Shown: piece by piece, positions 56,894 to 64,000 of the stretch
Layout of the letters: each line of letters starts with the position of its first letter
Position numbering within the stretch: position 1 is the first letter of the stretch
Source: Dendrobates tinctorius
Lineage: Eukaryota
Length of the DNA stretch: 64,000 nt
NCBI RefSeq assembly: GCF_039654945.1
Contig: NW_027361869.1
Coordinates: 7,378,001 to 7,442,000, forward strand
Direction: 5' to 3'
The notes under the pieces: generated by a model
The model's database searches: none
The model's input: only the letters and a program-made list of their open reading frames with translations
What the model was told of the DNA's origin: nothing
Position numbers and translations under genes: made by a program

Positions 56894-57588
56894 CCCTGCC
56901 CGGAATAAAAGCCCTTTACCGGCTGACACCGGACAGCAGAGCGCGCTTCCTCCGCCGCTTTTTCTTCGCCATCTTCTCCACCGACCGTCTGTAGCTGTCA
57001 CTAGCAGAGACGCCGGGGAAGAGCGGAGAGGAGGTCCCGGGATCATCGCCGTCGTCCTCCAGATCTGCACATCGCTGTGTATCCGGGAAGATACATCTGC
57101 TGGGGGAACTCGTTCCTCCTGTTCCCGGCTCCTGTCACCATCACAGGGATCTTTACTACAATGTCTATCGTACAGGACGCTGATTGTACGATGTGGGGAC
57201 GACCTGGAGCTGCTGAGAGCCCAGAAGGGTAACACAGGCGATGGCTCCGCTGACTGCCGCCTCCCTGACCTGTGACCTCCCTGTACCCCGTATGTGCGGA
57301 GTATTGGGGGTGACAGATGCTCCACATCAGGAGATGATCCACATCGGCTGATTGCAATGACCTGCTAAAATCTGGTCTCACCCATTGTGGAGCTGTGACC
57401 GCTGAGGCCTGTAATGGTGGAAGAGAACTGATAAGGGGCAGCTTCATAATGCGACTCACTCCCCAACCAGACGCATCTCCGGGGAGAAAACTGTGAGATA
57501 TTCCTGGATTTATGTGACCCAACTATTGTGCAAAAGGGGAATATTGGGAGAAAAGAGGAGACACAAAATCCAATTTCTACACACAGAG

Positions 57589-58914
57589 CACAGCTGTATA
57601 GGGATGAGGTGGTGGCACTTATCATAAAGCTCTGCAGGGATGAAGTGGTGGCACTGATGATACAGGTGTGCAGGGACGAGGTGGTGGCACTGATCATACA
57701 GCTCTGCAGGGAGTAGGTGGTGGCACTGATCATACAGCTCTGTGTGGATAAGATGGTGGCACTGATCATGCAGCTCTGCAGGGATGAGGTTGTGGCACTG
57801 ATCATACAGCTCTGCAGGGATGAGGTAGTGGCACAGATCACACAGCTCTGCAAGGACCAGGTGGTGGCACTGATCATACAGCTCTGCGGCGACAAGGTGG
57901 TGGTACTGATCATACAGCTCTGCAGAGAGGAGGTGGTGGCACTGATCATACAGCTCTGAAGGGAATGTGTGGTGGCACTGATCATAAAGTTCTGCAGTGA
58001 CGAGTTGGTAGCACTAATCATACTGCTTTTCAGGGAGGAGGTGGTGGCACTGATCATACAGCTCTGCAGGAATGAGGAGGTGGCACTGATCATACAGCTC
58101 TGCGGGGACAAGGTGGTGACACTGATAATACACCTCTGCGGCGACAAGGTGGTGGCACTGATCATACAGCTCTGCGGGGACAAGGTGTTGGTACTGATCA
58201 TACAGCTCTGCAAGGACCAGGTGGTGGCACTTATCATACAGCTCTGCAGAGAGGAAGTGGTGGCACTGATCATACACCTCTGCGGCGACAAGGTGTTGGT
58301 ACTGATCATACAGCTCTGCAAGGACCAGGTGGTGGCACTTATCATACAGCTCTGCAGAGAGGAGGTGGTGGCACTGATCATGCAGCTCTGCTCGGACAAA
58401 GTGGTGGCACTTATGTTACAGCTTTGCAGGGACAAGGTGGTGGCAATGATAATACAGCTCTACAAGGATGAGGTGGTGGTACTAATCATACAGCTCTGCA
58501 GGGAGGAGGTGGTGGCACTGATCATACAGCTCTGCGGGGACAAGATGGTGGCACTGATCATAAAGCTCTGAGGGGATGACGTGGTGGCACTGATCAAATA
58601 GCTCTGCAGGGATTAGGTGGTGGCACTCATCGTACAGCTCTGCAAGGAGTAGGCGGTGGTACTGATCATACAACTTTGCGGCGACAAGGTGGTGGCACTG
58701 ATCATACAGGTCTGCAGGTAAAAGGTGGTGGCACTGAACATACAGCTCAGCGCGGACAAGGTGGTGGCACTGATCAGACAGCTCTACATGGAGGAGGTTG
58801 TGGCACTGAACATACTGGTTTGCAGGGATGAGGTAGTGGCACTGATCATACAGCTCTGCAGGTATGAGGAGGTGGCACTGAAGATACAGCTGTGCCTGGA
58901 TGAGGTGGTTGCAC
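57589..58914. repeat. 36-bp satellite, block 5
   Basis: Same monomer variants and orientation as blocks 1-3. Confidence 0.96.
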
Positions 58915-59170
58915 CATATATATTTTATATATATATATATAATTGTGTGTGTGTGAAACAAACTGGGGCGTTCATCAGGCCCCCCTGTCATAGCCCCCAT
59001 CAGCACCATGGGATCAAAAGGGCAAGAAAACAAGCAACTGGGAAAATACCCTTACCATAAATATTTGGCTGCGCTAAAGGAGAATTGGGCGCCTGCACCT
59101 GGCACCTACAGTGTATGGAGTGGGCTCAGCACCTGAGCCCGCTTCATACATCCACCCCCTCCTTAGTACG

Positions 59171-62100
59171 ACCAGGGGAAGGGTCTTGAGGAGATCATTT
59201 GCATATTCCCAGTGCCTTCTGGGATAAGTGAAGAGTCTCCGCGAGCTCTACGATCACTGGGTTTTGGCCGTTGCAGCTGAAAAGAGGAAATCGGAAAACC
59301 AGGGGAAGGGTCTTGAGGAGATCATTTGCATATTCCCAGTGCCTTCTGGGATAAGTGAAGAGTCTCCGCGAGCTCTACGATCACTGGGTTTTGGCCGTTG
59401 CAGCTGAAAAGAGGAAATCGGAAAACCAGGGGAAGGGTCTTGAGGAGATCATTTGCATATTCCCAGTGCCTTCTGGGATAAATGAAGAGTCTCCGCGAGC
59501 TCTACGATCACTGGGTTTTGGCCGTTGCAGCTGAAAAGAGGAAATCGGAAAACCAGGGGAAGGGTCTTGAGGAGATCATTTGCATATTCCCAGTGCCTTC
59601 TGGGATAAGTGAAGAGTCTCCGCGAGCTCTACGATCACTGGGTTTTGGCCGTTGCAGCTGAAAAGAGGAAATCGGAAAACCAGGGGAAGGGTCTTGAGGA
59701 GATCATTTGCATATTCCCAGTGCCTTCTGGGATAAGTGAAGAGTCTCCGCGAGCTCTACGATCACTGGGTTTTGGCCGTTGCAGCTGAAAAGAGGAAATC
59801 GGAAAACCAGGGGAAGGGTCTTGAGGAGATCATTTGCATATTCCCAGTGCCTTCTGGGATAAGTGAAGAGTCTCCGCGAGCTCTACGATCACTGGGTTTT
59901 GGCCGTTGCAGCTGAAAAGAGGAAATCGGAAAACCAGGGGAAGGGTCTTGAGGAGATCATTTGCATATTCCCAGTGCCTTCTGGGATAAGTGAAGAGTCT
60001 CCGCGAGCTCTACGATCACTGGGTTTTGGCCGTTGCAGCTGAAAAGAGGAAATCGGAAAACCAGGGGAAGAGTCTTGAGGAGATCATTTGCATATTCCCA
60101 GTGCCTTCTGGGATAAGTGAAGAGTCTCCGCGAGCTCTACGATCACTGGGTTTTGGCCGTTGCAGCTGAAAAGAGGAAATCGGAAAACCAGGGGAAGAGT
60201 CTTGAGGAGATCATTTGCATATTCCCAGTGCCTTCTGGGATAAGTGAAGAGTCTCCGCGAGCTCTACGATCACTGGGTTTTGGCCGTTGCAGCTGAAAAG
60301 AGGAAATCGGAAAACCAGGGGAAGAGTCTTGAGGAGATCATTTGCATATTCCCAGTGCCTTCTGGGATAAGTGAAGAGTCTCCGCGAGCTCTACGATCAC
60401 TGGGTTTTGGCCGTTGCAGCTGAAAAGAGGAAATCGGAAAACCAGGGGAAGAGTCTTGAGGAGATCATTTGCATATTCCCAGTGCCTTCTGGGATAAGTG
60501 AAGAGTCTCCGCGAGCTCTACGATCACTGGGTTTTGGCCGTTGCAGCTGAAAAGAGGAAATCGGAAAACCAGGGGAAGAGTCTTGAGGAGATCATTTGCA
60601 TATTCCCAGTGCCTTCTGGGATAAGTGAAGAGTCTCCGCGAGCTCTACGATCACTGGGTTTTGGCCGTTGCAGCTGAAAAGAGGAAATCGGAAAACCAGG
60701 GGAAGAGTCTTGAGGAGATCATTTGCATATTCCCAGTGCCTTCTGGGATAAGTGAAGAGTCTCCGCGAGCTCTACGATCACTGGGTTTTGGCCGTTGCAG
60801 CTGAAAAGAGGAAATCGGAAAACCAGGGGAAGAGTCTTGAGGAGATCATTTGCATATTCCCAGTGCCTTCTGGGATAAGTGAAGAGTCTCCGCGAGCTCT
60901 ACGATCACTGGGTTTTGGCCGTTGCAGCTGAAAAGAGGAAATCGGAAAACCAGGGGAAGAGTCTTGAGGAGATCATTTGCATATTCCCAGTGCCTTCTGG
61001 GATAAGTGAAGAGTCTCCGCGAGCTCTACGATCACTGGGTTTTGGCTGTTGCAGCTGAAAAGAGGAAATCGGAAAACCAGGGGAAGAGTCTTGAGGAGAT
61101 CATTTGCATATTCCCAGTGCCTTCTGGGATAAGTGAAGAGTCTCCGCGAGCTCTACGATCACTGGGTTTTGGCCGTTGCAGCTGAAAAGAGGAAATCGGA
61201 AAACCAGGGGAAGAGTCTTGAGGAGATCATTTGCATATTCCCAGTGCATTCTGGGATAAGTGAAGAGTCACCGCGAGCTCTACGATCACTGGGTTTTGGC
61301 CGTTGCAGCTGAAAAGAGGAAATCGGAAAACCAGGGGAAGAGTCTTGAGGAGATCATTTGCATATTCCCAGTGCCTTCTGGGATAAGTGAAGAGTCTCCG
61401 CGAGCTCTACGATCACTGGGTTTTGGCCGTTGCAGCTGAAAAGAGGAAATCGGAAAACCAGGGGAAGGGTCTTGAGGAGATCATTTGCATATTCCCAGTG
61501 CCTTCTGGGATAAGTGAAGAGTCTCCGCGAGCTCTACGATCACTGGGTTTTGGCCGTTGCAGCTGAAAAGAGGAAATCGGAAAACCAGGGGAAGGGTCTT
61601 GAGGAGATCATTTGCATATTCCCAGTGCCTTCTGGGATAAGTGAAGAGTCTCCGCGAGCTCTACGATCACTGGGTTTTGGCCGTTGCAGCTGAAAAGAGG
61701 AAATCGGAAAACCAGGGGAAGGGTCTTGAGGAGATCATTTGCATATTCCCAGTGCCTTCTGGGATAAGTGAAGAGTCTCCGCGAGCTCTACGATCACTGG
61801 GTTTTGGCCGTTGCAGCTGAAAAGAGGAAATCGGAAAACCAGGGGAAGGGTCTTGAGGAGATCATTTGCATATTCCCAGTGCCTTCTGGGATAAGTGAAG
61901 AGTCTCCGCGAGCTCTACGATCACTGGGTTTTGGCCGTTGCAGCTGAAAAGAGGAAATCGGAAAACCAGGGGAAGAGTCTTGAGGAGATCATTTGCATAT
62001 TCCCAGTGCCTTCTGGGATAAGTGAAGAGTCTCCGCGAGCTCTACGATCACTGGGTTTTGGCCGTTGCAGCTGAAAAGAGGAAATCGGAAAACCAGGGGA

Positions 62101-63488
62101 AGAGTCTTGAGGAGATCATTTGCATATTCCCAGTGCCTTCTGGGATAAGTGAAGAGTCTCCGCGAGCTCTACGATCACTGGGTTTTGGCCGTTGCAGCTG
62201 AAAAGAGGAAATCGGAAAACCAGGGGAAGAGTCTTGAGGAGATCATTTGCATATTCCCAGTGCCTTCTGGGATAAGTGAAGAGTCTCCGCGAGCTCTACG
62301 ATCACTGGGTTTTGGCCGTTGCAGCTGAAAAGAGGAAATCGGAAAACCAGGGGAAGAGTCTTGAGGAGATCATTTGCATATTCCCAGTGCCTTCTGGGAT
62401 AAGTGAAGAGTCTCCGCGAGCTCTACGATCACTGGGTTTTGGCCGTTGCAGCTGAAAAGAGGAAATCGGAAAACCAGGGGAAGAGTCTTGAGGAGATCAT
62501 TTGCATATTCCCAGTGCCTTCTGGGATAAGTGAAGAGTCTCCGCGAGCTCTACGATCACTGGGTTTTGGCCGTTGCAGCTGAAAAGAGGAAATCGGAAAA
62601 CCAGGGGAAGAGTCTTGAGGAGATCATTTGCATATTCCCAGTGCCTTCTGGGATAAGTGAAGAGTCTCCGCGAGCTCTACGATCACTGGGTTTTGGCCGT
62701 TGCAGCTGAAAAGAGGAAATCGGAAAACCAGGGGAAGAGTCTTGAGGAGATCATTTGCATATTCCCAGTGCCTTCTGGGATAAGTGAAGAGTCTCCGCGA
62801 GCTCTACGATCACTGGGTTTTGGCCGTTGCAGCTGAAAAGAGGAAATCGGAAAACCAGGGGAAGAGTCTTGAGGAGATCATTTGCATATTCCCAGTGCCT
62901 TCTGGGATAAGTGAAGAGTCTCCGCGAGCTCTACGATCACTGGGTTTTGGCCGTTGCAGCTGAAAAGAGGAAATCGGAAAACCAGGGGAAGAGTCTTGAG
63001 GAGATCATTTGCATATTCCCAGTGCATTCTGGGATAAGTGAAGAGTCACCGCGAGCTCTACGATCACTGGGTTTTGGCCGTTGCAGCTGAAAAGAGGAAA
63101 TCGGAAAACCAGGGAAAGAGTCTTGAGGAGATCATTTGCATATTCCCAGTGCCTTCTGGGATAAGTGAAGAGTCTCCGCGAGCTCTACGATCACTGGGTT
63201 TTGGCCGTTGCAGCTGAAAAGAGGAAATCGGAAAACCAGGGGAAGAGTCTTGAGGAGATCATTTGCATATTCCCAGTGCCTTCTGGGATAAGTGAAGAGT
63301 CTCCGCGAGCTCTACGATCACTGGGTTTTGGCCGTTGCAGCTGAAAAGAGGAAATCGGAAAACCAGGGGAAGAGTCTTGAGGAGATCATTTGCATATTCC
63401 CAGTGCCTTCTGGGATAAGTGAAGAGTCTCCGCGAGCTCTACGATCACTGGGTTTTGGCCGTTGCAGCTGAAAAGAGGAAATCGGAAA
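59171..63488 (+). repeat. 34 tandem copies of a 127-bp monomer, near-identical, probable amplified CR1 5'UTR/promoter unit
   Basis: Unit starts at 59171+127k (59298, 59425 ... 63362). Each unit has ATTTGCAT and a TCCCAG..CTGGGA inverted repeat. The array ends 63 nt before the CR1 ORF1 ATG. Confidence 0.95.
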
Positions 63489-63551
63489 AACCGCGCGCCT
63501 ATCGGCGCGCAAATTTTGGCTCATCTTTCATCGTTTTTAAGAGATCTCAAC

Positions 63552-64000
63552 ATGGAAGAGGCCAGGAGCCATTTGGTGAGCTGCATTTCTTGCTACATGT
63601 TCACAGACTTACCAGTGGAAAAGCCAAATTTCACATGCCACAAATGCAAGCTTGTGTCCCTGTTGGAGGAAAAGTTGCAAAATCTCGAAGAGAGGTTGGC
63701 TACGTTGAAGATCATTAAGGAAGGTGAAGAGTTCTTGGACAGAGCAGAATTATCTCTTCATGTTACAGAAAGAGAAGAAATTCGAAGTGCACCTGAAGAA
63801 ACCAGTACCAGGCTCTCACGCAGGAAAACGATGAAGAAATACATCAGGATAAGACTTTGCCAACAAACAGCAACCTTGTACGCCCTCAGAGTCCTCCTGG
63901 ATGGAGAAAGAAAAATGTTGTGAAGAAGAAACGGAGAGTGGTGGTCATGGGGGATTCCCTGCTGAGAGGAACAGAGGCCGCTATCTGCAGACCGGATATA
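63552..64000 (+). mobile_element. CR1 LINE ORF1 (zinc finger/leucine zipper + SGNH esterase), frameshifted, runs off the window
   Basis: MEEARSHLVSCISCYMF...FTCHKCKLVSLLEEKLQNLEERLATL (CxxC..CxxC plus heptads). In another frame from about 63914: KKKRRVVVMGDSLLRGTEAAICRPD, the GDS(L) esterase block of CR1 ORF1p. Confidence 0.88.

Noticed and set aside
58915-59170. Short TA/TG tract and GC-rich segment between the satellite and the 127-bp array, possibly a transposon end
   Set aside because: No terminal repeat pair, TSD or coding similarity that I can support without a database search.
59171-63488. 127-bp array as 5S rDNA, tRNA or snRNA gene repeats
   Set aside because: No recognisable 5S, tRNA or snRNA sequence, pol III boxes or Sm site. 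The array is contiguous with CR1 ORF1.

Overview
Vertebrate DNA, most likely anuran (inferred from histone sequences and repeat families). It holds one replication-dependent histone gene quintet, H2A(-)/H2B(+)/H4(+)/H3.2(-)/H1(-), at about 46.3-56.7 kb, embedded in a 36-bp satellite (roughly 900-950 monomers in five blocks, all in one orientation). The satellite is interrupted by a full-length decayed Tf1/sushi-type chromovirus (Gypsy), a 5'-truncated L2 LINE and three kinds of small captured inserts amplified by kb-scale duplications. The window ends in 34 near-identical 127-bp monomers running into a CR1 LINE ORF1. Main observation: read on the minus strand, the 36-bp monomer is a copy of the histone pre-mRNA 3'-processing region (3' arm of the stem-loop, ACCA cleavage site, spacer, U7-binding HDE AGAGCTGTA). 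It is continuous with the H1 stem-loop, so the first monomer supplies the H1 HDE, and the satellite is a large array of potential U7 snRNP sites. Other points: relics of collapsed histone clusters inside the satellite, an octamer+SPH (snRNA-enhancer-like) module in every CR1 5' monomer, a self-priming PBS in the chromovirus, a degenerate Penelope-type hammerhead motif, repeated CDE/CHR-Myb modules, and an N-run exactly the size of the missing H2B core. Coordinates and counts were read by eye. The long [12 protein letters not shown]-type ORFs are satellite artefacts.
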